DNA of 64,000 bases from Eubacteriales bacterium (GTDB taxonomy: Bacteria > Bacillota > Clostridia > Oscillospirales > CAG-272). The notes under the pieces are model-generated. The model was not told the DNA's origin and did no database searches. It worked only from the letters and a program-made list of their open reading frames with translations. The stretch is taken from the NCBI GenBank assembly GCA_045127455.1, contig JBGVQK010000086.1:488-64487 (forward strand), in the 5' to 3' direction. The translations under genes and the position numbers were made by a program. Shown one piece after another: positions 1-8,336 of the stretch. Positions within the stretch are counted from its first letter, which is position 1. Every line of letters begins with the position of its first letter.

Positions 1-2152
1 CCGTACCTGTAGCATTTCTAACAACGATACCCGCTGGATTGGAGTAATCGGAGAGATCAAGAGTTCCCTCGGTCCAACATATGTCCGCGCTGTCACCTTT
101 CAACGAACCGCCACCTTTGGCATCGGTAATAATGAGGTTCACGTTGCCTTTAATATAAAGCGCATAGTAATGCCTACTTTCTATGGTGTTGCCGTTTATA
201 TCAAGCGTAAAACTACCGCCGTTAGTTGTAACACTATTCTTTTCGTGATAAATAATGCTAGATAACAGCTTGACGTATTTTACGTTTGCATCGGCAGCCG
301 CCGCGTCAAGTGCCTCTTGCAAGCTGCCCCACGCGGTGAGATTATCCTTGTCGGTTCCCCACTCCGCTTGGTAGAGGCGGAAGGTAAGATCAATAATAAC
401 ATCGCCCTCGAGCATAGTGAAGGTGGTGCCCACAAGAGGTGTGCCGTTTACCAAAATCTCGGAAATTCTGTAACCATCATTCGGAACGATGTTTACAGTC
501 ACCTCACTGCCGGGAGTAACCCCATCATCACCTACACTGGTGGTGGCAGAGCCGTTATCGGCAACGTTAACGGTAACGGTATATTTGCTTACACCAACGG
601 TGTAGATGGAATCGCCTGCAAGTGCACCGTCAACTCTGCTGCCGTACTCATCGTAAAAGCTGTAACCGGTGGCAAGTGCAAGGGTTTGCTCTGCACCTGT
701 ATTATTGCGAACAATGATACCCGTTGGATTTGCATAGCCGGAAAGATCAAGTGTGCCACCGTTCCAATCTATAGCTGCGAGTTCACCTTCAAAAGTACCA
801 CCGGTGATCGTAGTCTTCACGCAGGTTGTGATTGCGTAATGTGTTCCGCGAAGCACGCCACCCGTAATGGTCAGACTTGTATCGGCGTTTTCGTGATCAA
901 ACATGATCGCATAAGTGTCGCCTTGCAAAGTACCGCCTTTTACAGTAATATCAACAGCATTGTCCCACGCATTGATCACAGCACAACCACCAATAAGAGC
1001 ACCGTTGCCTGCCGTATCGTCAATAACGAGGGTAACCGAAGCGCCAATAAGCAAAAGGTAGTAGTCGGTAGCGGTTTTAACGGTTTTACCGCCCAAATCA
1101 AGCGTAAAATTGCCACCATTGACCGAAAGATCCTCTGTTCCAAGATCAATATTCTTCATCACCTTGATGTATTTTACGTTTGCATCGGATGCTGCCGCAT
1201 CAAGTGCTTCTTGCAGAGTACCGCTGCTTGTGAGGTTTGCGGCATCGGTGCCCCATTGTGCCTCTACTGTGGGCTCTTCGGGAATAGGATCCTCTGGAGC
1301 AGGTTCTTCAGAAGAAGTTTCTTCGGGCTCGGAGGTGGTCTCCTCGGGCTCGGAAGTGGTCTCCTCGGGAGTGGTTTCGGGCTCTACGTACGTGCCGTTG
1401 ACGGTGTAGTAGTATCCATAGAGCATTTCGGTGACCTTTTCGTCATTTTGATAAATATCAAAACCCTCGGGAAGAATGATTTTTTCGCTGGGGAGCGTAA
1501 TGGTGCTACCGGTGCTATTGAAAATGTTCACACCGTCCAAATATTTGCCGTAGGCAGAAAGATCAAGCACACCGGTTGAGCCCCAAGAGATATGACCGCT
1601 ACCGGTAGGCTGCAGTGTGCCACCCGTAATGGTGAGATTGATGGCGGTGGTTCCACCCGTTGAGAGTTTCGTATTAATTGCAGTTGTACCAACGAAAGCA
1701 CCACCCGCAATGGTAAGATTTATCGCCGAGGTGTCGAGCGTCATAATTGCGGCAGCACCGGAATCGGTGGATTCAATTTTGCCGGTTTGCTCCGCTGAAG
1801 TGTCGGTAATAGTAATATCGACAGCATTTTTTACATAGAAAGTATAACTCGTTGCAGTAACCGTTTTGCCATTCAGGTCAAGCGTGAATGTGCCGCCTGT
1901 GGCTTTGACGTTCGAGTCGCCGAGGTCAATGTTGTCCATCACTTTAATGTAGGTGATGGAATTATCACCCGCAGCCGCGTTGAGCGCCTCTTGCAAAGTG
2001 CCCTCGTTTGTGAGGTTTGCGGCATCGGTACCCCACTGGGCTTGTGCCGTACCCTCGGCGGACACTCCCACAGCAAATGCCGCTGTAAGAGAGAATACCA
2101 TTGCAAGAACCATTAAATAGCTTGCAATTCTGGTGAACGTTGTTTTTCTCAT
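1..2152 (-). CDS. secreted repeat-rich cell-surface protein, N-terminal part only (gene continues past the left edge)
   Basis: Not in the ORF track because it has no stop in the window. The reverse strand reads GGAG-N8-ATG (ATG = complement of 2150-2152), then MRKTTFTRIASYLMVLAMVFSLTAAFAVGVSAEG (signal peptide), and stays open to position 1. It has three copies of a module starting QWGTD..NLT..G(T/S)LQEAL.AAA and a Glu/Pro/Thr/Ser linker. Confidence 0.8.
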   Translation of the reverse strand, partial: MRKTTFTRIASYLMVLAMVFSLTAAFAVGVSAEGTAQAQWGTDAANLTNEGTLQEALNAAAGDNSITYIKVMDNIDLGDSNVKATGGTFTLDLNGKTVTATSYTFYVKNAVDITITDTSAEQTGKIESTDSGAAAIMTLDTSAINLTIAGGAFVGTTAINTKLSTGGTTAINLTITGGTLQPTGSGHISWGSTGVLDLSAYGKYLDGVNIFNSTGSTITLPSEKIILPEGFDIYQNDEKVTEMLYGYYYTVNGTYVEPETTPEETTSEPEETTSEPEETSSEEPAPEDPIPEEPTVEAQWGTDAANLTSSGTLQEALDAAASDANVKYIKVMKNIDLGTEDLSVNGGNFTLDLGGKTVKTATDYYLLLIGASVTLVIDDTAGNGALIGGCAVINAWDNAVDITVKGGTLQGDTYAIMFDHENADTSLTITGGVLRGTHYAITTCVKTTITGGTFEGELAAIDWNGGTLDLSGYANPTGIIVRNNTGAEQTLALATGYSFYDEYGSRVDGALAGDSIYTVGVSKYTVTVNVADNGSATTSVGDDGVTPGSEVTVNIVPNDGYRISEILVNGTPLVGTTFTMLEGDVIIDLTFRLYQAEWGTDKDNLTAWGSLQEALDAAAADANVKYVKLLSSIIYHEKNSVTTNGGSFTLDINGNTIESRHYYALYIKGNVNLIITDAKGGGSLKGDSADICWTEGTLDLSDYSNPAGIVVRNATGT
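1323..1385. repeat. tandem 21-nt coding repeat (linker of the surface protein)
   Basis: tcgggctcggaRgtggtctcc occurs twice in tandem plus a degenerate third unit. On the minus strand it encodes the EPEETTS-type linker. Confidence 0.7.
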
Positions 2153-2205
2153 TGTTTTTTCTCCTTTTTGAATGGATTTGTGTATGTTTTTTTTATTTTT
2201 CTAAT

Positions 2206-2325
2206 TCAGGGACGCCGCCGAGGCGGCTACACCTCATCCGTCACCCGTCGCTCTGCGACGTTTGCCACCTTCCCCTCAAGGGGAAGGCTTTGGAGTCGGT
2301 TGCGCTTTCATTCTGCACTCTGCAC
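2206..2325 (+). repeat. GC-rich intergenic hairpin repeat, copy A of a dispersed family
   Basis: Stem-loops gtcgc-tct-gcgac (2247-2259) and ccttcccc-tcaa-ggggaagg (2268-2287). It shares the core tccgtca...tgccacctYccctc...ggct with the copies at 53101-53160 and 60078-60130. Confidence 0.6.
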
Positions 2326-2667
2326 TCATCTGCCCTCTTTCCTTTTGTTTTTAGGGCATCGACATAAGCCGAACCATTCCTCGCCGCGGCAAAAATGTTT
2401 ACATTCACCGCAGGTGGTATCTTCAACCCATTTGACGTCTCCCTTGTAGTGTGGGCAGGCATCCTGCATCATGGTAACAAGCGGCTCGCCATTCTCGGTG
2501 TAGATGGGCTCTTTTGTAAAATCGGGATAGATGACGTCGGGTGGACCCGATCTGTCTCTTTCATCATAGTAGCCGTACTTGAGCTCAAAGGTCTTTCCAA
2601 AGGTGTTGACTACTGCATAAACGTCTCCCTCGCGCGCTTCGGTCAAGTGTGTGGGGGGGATTTTCAT
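2326..2667 (-). CDS. small Cys-rich hypothetical protein (113 aa)
   Basis: ORF 2326..2769 trimmed to the internal ATG at 2667, which is preceded by GAAAGGAAACAACAAG. The C-terminus reads CGECKHFCRGEEWFGLCRC. No family recognised. Confidence 0.55.
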   Translation of the reverse strand: MKIPPTHLTEAREGDVYAVVNTFGKTFELKYGYYDERDRSGPPDVIYPDFTKEPIYTENGEPLVTMMQDACPHYKGDVKWVEDTTCGECKHFCRGEEWFGLCRCPKNKRKEGR

Positions 2668-2733
2668 CTTGTTGTTTCCTTTCTTCCGCTTTCCTGTATG
2701 GGTGGCGGATGGTGTTTTTTGGTATCCTTTAAA

Positions 2734-2762
2734 ATTATATCCTTTTTGAGTGGATTTGTGAA
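2734..2762 (-). promoter_or_regulatory. sigma-A-like promoter of the small Cys-rich gene
   Basis: The minus strand reads TTCACA-17 nt-TATAAT about 65 nt upstream of the ATG at 2667. Confidence 0.45.
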
Positions 2763-2814
2763 TTACCAAAAAAACAAAATTTTGGCTATGTTTTTGCCCT
2801 CAAAAAAGAAAAAA

Positions 2815-2845
2815 GCATAGCCATTTTGACCCCAAAACGGCTATG
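2815..2845 (-). terminator. intrinsic terminator after the LuxR-type gene
   Basis: catagcc/ggctatg stem just downstream of the stop at 2859, followed on the minus strand by a U-rich run (A-run 2802-2814 on +). Confidence 0.55.
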
Positions 2846-2858
2846 TTTTTTTGTTTGA

Positions 2859-4094
2859 TTATAGGAATGCGGCAAACCGATCTCTGCCTACTCCCGTTTT
2901 ATCGGTGATGGCAACCAATGCCTGCTTGACACCCGCAAGCGACATATTCAGCTTTTCGGCAATTTCTTTATTGCTCAAACCAAAGGCGGCAAGCTTTGCG
3001 ATCTCGCGCTGACGCGCGGTCAACGAGGTAACGATGGTTTTGCCGCGGATAGTGCCCGAAAGCTTTGACCACCCCTCGTTATACACCTTGTAGAACTCTT
3101 TTACCCTTTGCCATGCCTTTTCATCAACTATGGAAAGTCTTTTTTCCATAAGCGTATCAAGCACGCGGCAGTATTCGGCAAGTGTACCGTACAGTTTATC
3201 GGGGAGAGCTAACGCAATTGCCTTGTCGATGTGATGTATTGCATCATCATCCTTACCGCAGTTATGATATATTGCGGCGCAGGTGAGTCTTAGATAGATC
3301 TCGGCCATAATTGTATTATTGGCACTTGCCCATGAGATCAGCGGCTCAACAGAAAACGATATAACCGACATAATGTAAAGCCCCTGCGTTCCATCCACTT
3401 TAACATGCCCCATCGCAACAGCGTAGCCAAGAGCATACAAATACTTGGCATAATATACCATAGCTGCCGGATAAGAGTCTTTATGGACAGGCTCAAAATT
3501 GCCTTTTTTGAACCACTCCGGAAAATTTTCTACATTATACACCATGGTATCAACGGCACTGATGGCAAGCTGCATAACGTCACGGTCAAGGTCGTTTTTA
3601 GCAGGGGCTTCGGCAATATGGATCTTTGCACGACGCCACATTTCAATATCCCCTTTCCAAATAGCACACATCGCCAAAAGCATACCTGCGGAAAGAACGG
3701 CATAAAAGCCCGAATGCTTGCCAAGAAGATAGTTTGCACTTTCATAGACCTTGTCTATCTCTCCTCGGGAATACGCAACCTCAGCCTCGAAAAGCACCTG
3801 CGCCTCGTGGTTGTATGATAACGATGCACCAACTCTATCGGCATCTCCGGGCGTTTTGTAAAGATCGCTCATATACAAAAACGGCGTTTTGCGAGGAAGA
3901 GGCATATCCGCATCCAACCCCATTCGCCCTGCCTTGGTCCTTCCGTCAGCGGGCTTTTGTGCGTCTGTGGGGATCATCCAATCGCGACCGAAGCGAACCG
4001 CTCCCGGGATCTTTCCCTCGGAACAAAGCAACTGAACACGGCGCACACCAATGCCCCATTTTGCGGCTATTTCATCTATTTTTAAGTATTCCAT
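2859..4094 (-). CDS. LuxR/GerE-family transcriptional regulator with an N-terminal excisionase/MerR-like HTH
   Basis: N-terminus IDEIAAKWGIGVRRVQLLCSEGKIPGA (HTH). C-terminus LTARQREIAKLAAFGLSNKEIAEKLNMSLAGVKQAL (LuxR-type HTH). Confidence 0.8.
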   Translation of the reverse strand: MEYLKIDEIAAKWGIGVRRVQLLCSEGKIPGAVRFGRDWMIPTDAQKPADGRTKAGRMGLDADMPLPRKTPFLYMSDLYKTPGDADRVGASLSYNHEAQVLFEAEVAYSRGEIDKVYESANYLLGKHSGFYAVLSAGMLLAMCAIWKGDIEMWRRAKIHIAEAPAKNDLDRDVMQLAISAVDTMVYNVENFPEWFKKGNFEPVHKDSYPAAMVYYAKYLYALGYAVAMGHVKVDGTQGLYIMSVISFSVEPLISWASANNTIMAEIYLRLTCAAIYHNCGKDDDAIHHIDKAIALALPDKLYGTLAEYCRVLDTLMEKRLSIVDEKAWQRVKEFYKVYNEGWSKLSGTIRGKTIVTSLTARQREIAKLAAFGLSNKEIAEKLNMSLAGVKQALVAITDKTGVGRDRFAAFL

Positions 4095-4252
4095 ACCACA
4101 CCGCCTCTTTAATAAATTTGTGGTTTTATTCGTTATAACGACTTATTATTGATCGTTGTAACGAAATATATTATAACATATGGGGGTGTTTTTGTCAAGA
4201 GGAATGCTAAAGAAGCTTTTGAAAATATTTTTAAGAAAATCGCAAAAACCTC

Positions 4253-4281
4253 TTGCAATTCCCCAAATAGTATGGTATAAT
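4253..4281 (+). promoter_or_regulatory. sigma-A promoter of tRNA-Val
   Basis: TTGCAA (4253-4258), 17-nt spacer, TATAAT (4276-4281), 12 nt before the tRNA 5-prime end. Confidence 0.7.
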
Positions 4282-4293
4282 ATACACCGTTAC

Positions 4294-4370
<77 letters not shown>

Positions 4371-4372
4371 AC

Positions 4373-4414
4373 AAAAACAGAACATTTGTCACCGACAAAT
4401 GTTCTGTTTTTGTT
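4373..4414 (+). terminator. intrinsic terminator after tRNA-Val
   Basis: Perfect 18-bp stem aaaaacagaacatttgtc / gacaaatgttctgttttt with a 3-nt loop, running into a T-run. Confidence 0.85.
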
Positions 4415-4417
4415 TAT

Positions 4418-4580
4418 CCAAGCCGCAGGCTTGGCATATCATCGCCACACGAAGTGCGGCGTATATCATCAAGGACGGCTCACCGCCCTTGTATCTCATC
4501 AGCCCCTTTGGGGCTGTATCTCTCCTGCGGCTTGCTGATATACCGCAACAGGTTGCGGATGATATACAATGCTTCGCATT
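4418..4580 (+). repeat. array of six short variable GC-rich hairpins separated by TATATCATC-like AT-rich spacers
   Basis: Hairpins include ccaagcc-gca-ggcttgg (4418-4434), cagcccc-ttt-ggggctg (4500-4516), ccgcaa-cagg-ttgcgg (4543-4558) and aatgc-ttc-gcatt (4568-4580). Spacers read catatcatc, gtatatcatc, gtatctcatc, gtatctctc, gatatac, gatgatatac. Confidence 0.6.
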
Positions 4581-4661
4581 GATAATTCCATTTGCACTCT
4601 ATGTTTGTACAAGCCACTTCTCACACCTTTTATCACGTTTAAGGCAATAAAAAGTAAGAGA

Positions 4662-4688
4662 AAGCGCGTCCTTGGCAAGGGCGCGCTT
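4662..4688 (-). terminator. terminator after the AraC-family gene
   Basis: aagcgcgtcc / gggcgcgctt stem 12 nt beyond the stop at 4700, with T-rich flanks on both strands. Confidence 0.5.
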
Positions 4689-4699
4689 TTGTTGTTCGT

Positions 4700-5431
4700 T
4701 TATTTTTCTGCGTTCTCATACCTCTTCATTGCCTTCCAGAAGCCGGAATAGGAGCGGTAGCCCACGTATTTGGCGATTTGCTCGAGAGATGCGTTTTCCG
4801 CTTGCATCAATTGGTTGGCGATGCGCATACGCACTGCAACGAGCTCCTCGCGGAAGCTATGCCCCGTATACTGCAAAACAAGGCGCTCGGCGTGCCTTTC
4901 GGAAATGTGAAGCTGCTCGGCAAGGTCGGAAAGATAAACGTCTTTATCGTAATTGAGAATAAAAAATTCGCTGATGAGGAAATTGTAATCCTTGATTTCG
5001 GTTACGGTATGGTGCTCTTTGTGATAACGGTTGCAAAAAAGGGGGATGTAGAGCGCGACGGTACTATAATTACCTGTGAGGTAACATTGCTGTATTTCTT
5101 CAAAAAAAGCCTTTGCCACTCCGTCAGCAATGGGATAGGTACGCAGTTCTTCGGCCATACAGTCGGTTTGAAATGCCGTGTGCAAGAGGTTTTCGTCCTG
5201 ATAGGTGCAGCAATGCATTACAGACGCAGGAAGCGTTATGACCGCAGGCCCGCTAAAGGCTACGGAATGATTGCCGATCAAAAACTCTGCCTTTCCCTTC
5301 CCCAGCACGTGCACCTCGGTATAATTATGCTTGTGCAAGGAGGTATCGGTTTTGGGAGAAACGTAAAAGCCATCCTGCAAAAATGCCTTATATTCCCTCT
5401 CTATCATTTTGAAAGATAATTCGTAATGCAT
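4700..5431 (-). CDS. AraC-family transcriptional regulator (cupin N-domain + AraC HTH)
   Basis: C-terminal LSDLAEQLHISERHAERLVLQYTGHSFREELVAVRMRIANQLM...IAKYVGYRSYSGFWKAMKR. Divergent from the aldolase gene. Confidence 0.85.
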   Translation of the reverse strand: MHYELSFKMIEREYKAFLQDGFYVSPKTDTSLHKHNYTEVHVLGKGKAEFLIGNHSVAFSGPAVITLPASVMHCCTYQDENLLHTAFQTDCMAEELRTYPIADGVAKAFFEEIQQCYLTGNYSTVALYIPLFCNRYHKEHHTVTEIKDYNFLISEFFILNYDKDVYLSDLAEQLHISERHAERLVLQYTGHSFREELVAVRMRIANQLMQAENASLEQIAKYVGYRSYSGFWKAMKRYENAEK

Positions 5432-5747
5432 AATGATTTCCTAACAAGACATCGAGATTTCATTTTTGTCGGGTAGGCTTATTGCAATACAGGACAAAAT
5501 GATGTATAATTATTGTAGCATACCGCGACCTGCTTGTCAAGCAGATTTTGTGCAAAAATTACGCGAATTGTTAAAAAAGAGCTTTACAGGACCCAAAACG
5601 CCAAAAAATGATTGTTTTGCGCGGTCGTGCAACAAGCGACTGCTACGCGACAAGTTTGAATGACGTCTTTGATTTTCGCCTGCGTCGCGAATGTCCGTTT
5701 GGTAAAGCCGTTATGATAGTGAACACAAGAGAAATGGAGAATGGAAA

Positions 5748-6629
5748 ATGATGAAATTTAGTGGCGTTATGCCCGCTTTGGTGTCCCCTTTGGATGCCAA
5801 CGAAAATATAAATGTTCCCGTACTGAAGCAACTTTTGACCGACCTTTTGGAGAAAGGCGCCGACGGGTTTTACCTGTGCGGTGCAACGGGTGAAGGCATT
5901 GCCATCGCCCCCGAGCAGCGTATGGTTCTCACGGAGGAAGCCATTAAAACCGTTGGCGGTCGCAAGCCCTGCATCGTTCAAGTGGCATCGGGCAACTTTG
6001 AGGATGCTATCCGCCTGGCGAAGCACGCCGAGCGGGTGGGAGCGGCGGCAATTTCGGCTACTCCTCCCCTATTCTTCTCTTATGACAAGGACGACGTTTA
6101 CAACTACTACAAAAAACTTGCAGACGCGGTGTCCATCCCGATGATGATCTATTACAATCCCGCCGCGGGCTTTCACATCAATGCCGACATTGCCGCAAAG
6201 ATGTTTGAAATCGACAACATAACTGCAATTAAGTGGACGAGCTCGGATTACTACCAGATGATGCGTCTTAAGGATATTACCAATGGTGAGATGAACATCA
6301 TCAACGGTCCCGACGAAATGCTTTTGATGGGGCTCTCGGCAGGTGCGGACGGCGGTATTGGAACGACCTACAACTTTATGTTCGATATCATTCGCGGCAT
6401 TTACGATAACTTTGTAAAAGGTGACATTAAGACCGCAAGAGAATATCAAACGCGTGCCATTCGCATCATTTCGGTGCTGCTGAATTATAAGATCATTCCT
6501 GCGGCAAAGGCAGTGCTCGAGGCACAGGGCTATGCCGTTGGCAACGCAACCTTCCCTATGAAGCGCTATTCCGATGAAGAAAAAGCGATAATTGTTGCAC
6601 AAATGAAAGAAGCAGGGTTAAAAATTTAA
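5748..6629 (+). CDS. DapA-family aldolase (dihydrodipicolinate synthase / N-acetylneuraminate lyase-like)
   Basis: GFYLCGATGEG, MMIYYNP, and AIKWTS carrying the Schiff-base Lys context. RBS GGAGAATGGAAA before ATGATG. Confidence 0.8.
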   Translation: MMKFSGVMPALVSPLDANENINVPVLKQLLTDLLEKGADGFYLCGATGEGIAIAPEQRMVLTEEAIKTVGGRKPCIVQVASGNFEDAIRLAKHAERVGAAAISATPPLFFSYDKDDVYNYYKKLADAVSIPMMIYYNPAAGFHINADIAAKMFEIDNITAIKWTSSDYYQMMRLKDITNGEMNIINGPDEMLLMGLSAGADGGIGTTYNFMFDIIRGIYDNFVKGDIKTAREYQTRAIRIISVLLNYKIIPAAKAVLEAQGYAVGNATFPMKRYSDEEKAIIVAQMKEAGLKI

Positions 6630-6639
6630 TACAAACAAC

Positions 6640-6671
6640 AAAAACGGAGCAACGCAAGTTACTCCGTTTTT
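6640..6671. terminator. bidirectional terminator between convergent genes
   Basis: aaaaacggag / ctccgttttt stem with a 12-nt loop, A/T runs on both sides, between the stops at 6629 and 6683. Confidence 0.75.
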
Positions 6672-6682
6672 GTGTTTATTTA

Positions 6683-8161
6683 TTACAGCAAGATACAAAT
6701 CAGCCCGTTGCTGCCCTCATTGATGATGCGCTCAAGCGTTTCGGAAAGCTTTTTGCGCGATTCCTCGGGCATATGCTCAAGCTTGTTATGGAGCCCCTCG
6801 TTGATAAGCTCGTAAAGCGATTTGCCAAACATATTTGAGCCCCAAATGCTCTTGGGATCTTCTTCAAATTCCTTGAGCAGGTAGCGCACCATATCCTCGG
6901 ATTGCTGCTCGGTTCCCACCATTGGGTTGATCTCGGCGGCGATGTTGGCGCGGATCATATGAACCGATTGCGCCGCTGCGCGGAGCTTGACGCCATAGCC
7001 GCCTGCCTGCTTGACGATCTGCGGTTCTTCGAGATGCAGATCCTCAACGTTGGGCATAACAATGCCGTATCCACGCTCGTTGACCTCTTCCAGCGCCTCG
7101 GCAACCTTATCGTACTTCTCTTTCATGACCGAAAGGTCACGCAAAAGCGAGATGAGCTCTTCCTCCCCGCTTACCGAAAAGCCTGTGAGCTCGCTGATAA
7201 CGTCGTAATAAAGTCCATCCTTCATACAAAGGGAAATGGTCGCCTTGCCCGTTCCAAGGTCCAAGACGTCGATGTTTGCGCGCTCAACGTACTCGTTGTC
7301 TGCCATATTCTCAAAGGCAGCTTTTACGTCGCCCGCCTTTTTGATGCTCTCAGCACAGCGGCAGACCGATGTGCGAACAGCCGCACGGATACGGTGATGC
7401 GTATCAAGGGCACGCATCCAAGCAGGGGTCTTAACGGTGATCTCGGTGACGGGAAATTCCTCAAGAACAAGCCCCAAAATGTGGCGAATGTCCTCGGCAT
7501 CCAGATCCAAGCAACTGACAAGCGCTACGGGAACACCGTATTTTTCCTCTAATTCGTAAGCGAGCGTGCGTGCGGCATCCCCCTCGGGGCGCGCAGAATT
7601 GAGAATGATGGCAAAGGGCTTGCCAAGTGCCTTCAGCTCCCCTACGATGCGCTCTTCTGCCTCTACGTAGGCCTCCCGCGCAATGTCACCGATAGTGCCG
7701 TCGGTTGTGATCAGCATACCAATGGTGGAGTGCTCGGTGATGACCTTGTGGGTGCCCATTTCTGCGGCTTCGGCAAACGGCATAGGCTCCTCACGCCAAG
7801 GGGTACGCACCATGCGCGGCTGACCGTTCTCGATCGTTCCCATCGCGTCGGGGATAAGATACCCAACGCAGTCAATCATGCGCACGCGCATTTGTGCGTT
7901 GTTATCCAAAATAACGGGTACGGCTTCCTCGGGTATAAACTTTGGCTCGGTCGTCATAACCGTTTTCCCTGCCGCCGACTGCGGAAGCTCGTCACGTGCA
8001 CGGTCGCGGGAGTAGCCCTCCCCAATGTTTGGAAGCACAACTGCCTCCATAAATCGTTTGATGAATGTGGATTTACCACTCCGAACAGGACCTACAACTC
8101 CGACGTAAATGTCTCCACCCGTCCGCTCGGCAATATCCGTATAAATCGAATGCTCAGGCAT
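6683..8161 (-). CDS. spoIVA: stage IV sporulation protein A (spore coat morphogenetic ATPase)
   Basis: MPEHSIYTDIAERTGGDIYVGVVGPVRSGKSTFIKRFME...ELPQSAAGKTVMTTEPKF matches the SpoIVA N-terminus and Walker A. The track ORF is extended by 90 aa. The ATG at 8161 follows GGGAGGTTTTGAA. Confidence 0.93.
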   Translation of the reverse strand: MPEHSIYTDIAERTGGDIYVGVVGPVRSGKSTFIKRFMEAVVLPNIGEGYSRDRARDELPQSAAGKTVMTTEPKFIPEEAVPVILDNNAQMRVRMIDCVGYLIPDAMGTIENGQPRMVRTPWREEPMPFAEAAEMGTHKVITEHSTIGMLITTDGTIGDIAREAYVEAEERIVGELKALGKPFAIILNSARPEGDAARTLAYELEEKYGVPVALVSCLDLDAEDIRHILGLVLEEFPVTEITVKTPAWMRALDTHHRIRAAVRTSVCRCAESIKKAGDVKAAFENMADNEYVERANIDVLDLGTGKATISLCMKDGLYYDVISELTGFSVSGEEELISLLRDLSVMKEKYDKVAEALEEVNERGYGIVMPNVEDLHLEEPQIVKQAGGYGVKLRAAAQSVHMIRANIAAEINPMVGTEQQSEDMVRYLLKEFEEDPKSIWGSNMFGKSLYELINEGLHNKLEHMPEESRKKLSETLERIINEGSNGLICILL

Positions 8162-8267
8162 TTCAAAACCTCCCATATATCGCGTTGGTACACTATATGT
8201 GGGACTTGTCAGCTTTAGAACAAAATTTGAAAATACGTCAAAACTTGCAAGAGGAGCGCCTAAACGA

Positions 8268-8296
8268 TTGACAAAACAGCTCTTTTGTGGTATAAT
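8268..8296 (+). promoter_or_regulatory. sigma-A promoter with extended -10
   Basis: TTGACA (8268-8273), 17 nt, TGgTATAAT (-10 at 8291-8296). Confidence 0.7.
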
Positions 8297-8336
8297 ACTT
8301 ATGATAAATAAAGACCTTTTAAAGGAGGTGGACGGA

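Noticed and set aside
317-1579. 420-aa plus-strand ORF (and 1110..1409, 1617..1838) offered by the track
   Set aside because: It is a codon-aligned mirror of the real minus-strand surface-protein gene. It has no RBS, and its low-complexity Gly/Val/Cys-rich translation has no recognisable domain.
4418-4580. Possible CRISPR array
   Set aside because: The conserved units are only ~9-nt AT-rich motifs, and the variable parts are themselves palindromic hairpins of ~17 nt. No cas genes are present.
5432-5747. AraC operator half-sites in the divergent araC/aldolase intergenic region
   Set aside because: I saw several short gcgac/gtcgc-type repeats, but no clear pair of 17-18-bp direct repeats could be defined by eye.
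8192-8199. CATATAGT upstream of spoIVA as a sigma-E -10 box
   Set aside because: The position is plausible (spoIVA is sigma-E dependent in Bacillus), but I could not find a convincing -35 partner, so it is not called as a feature.
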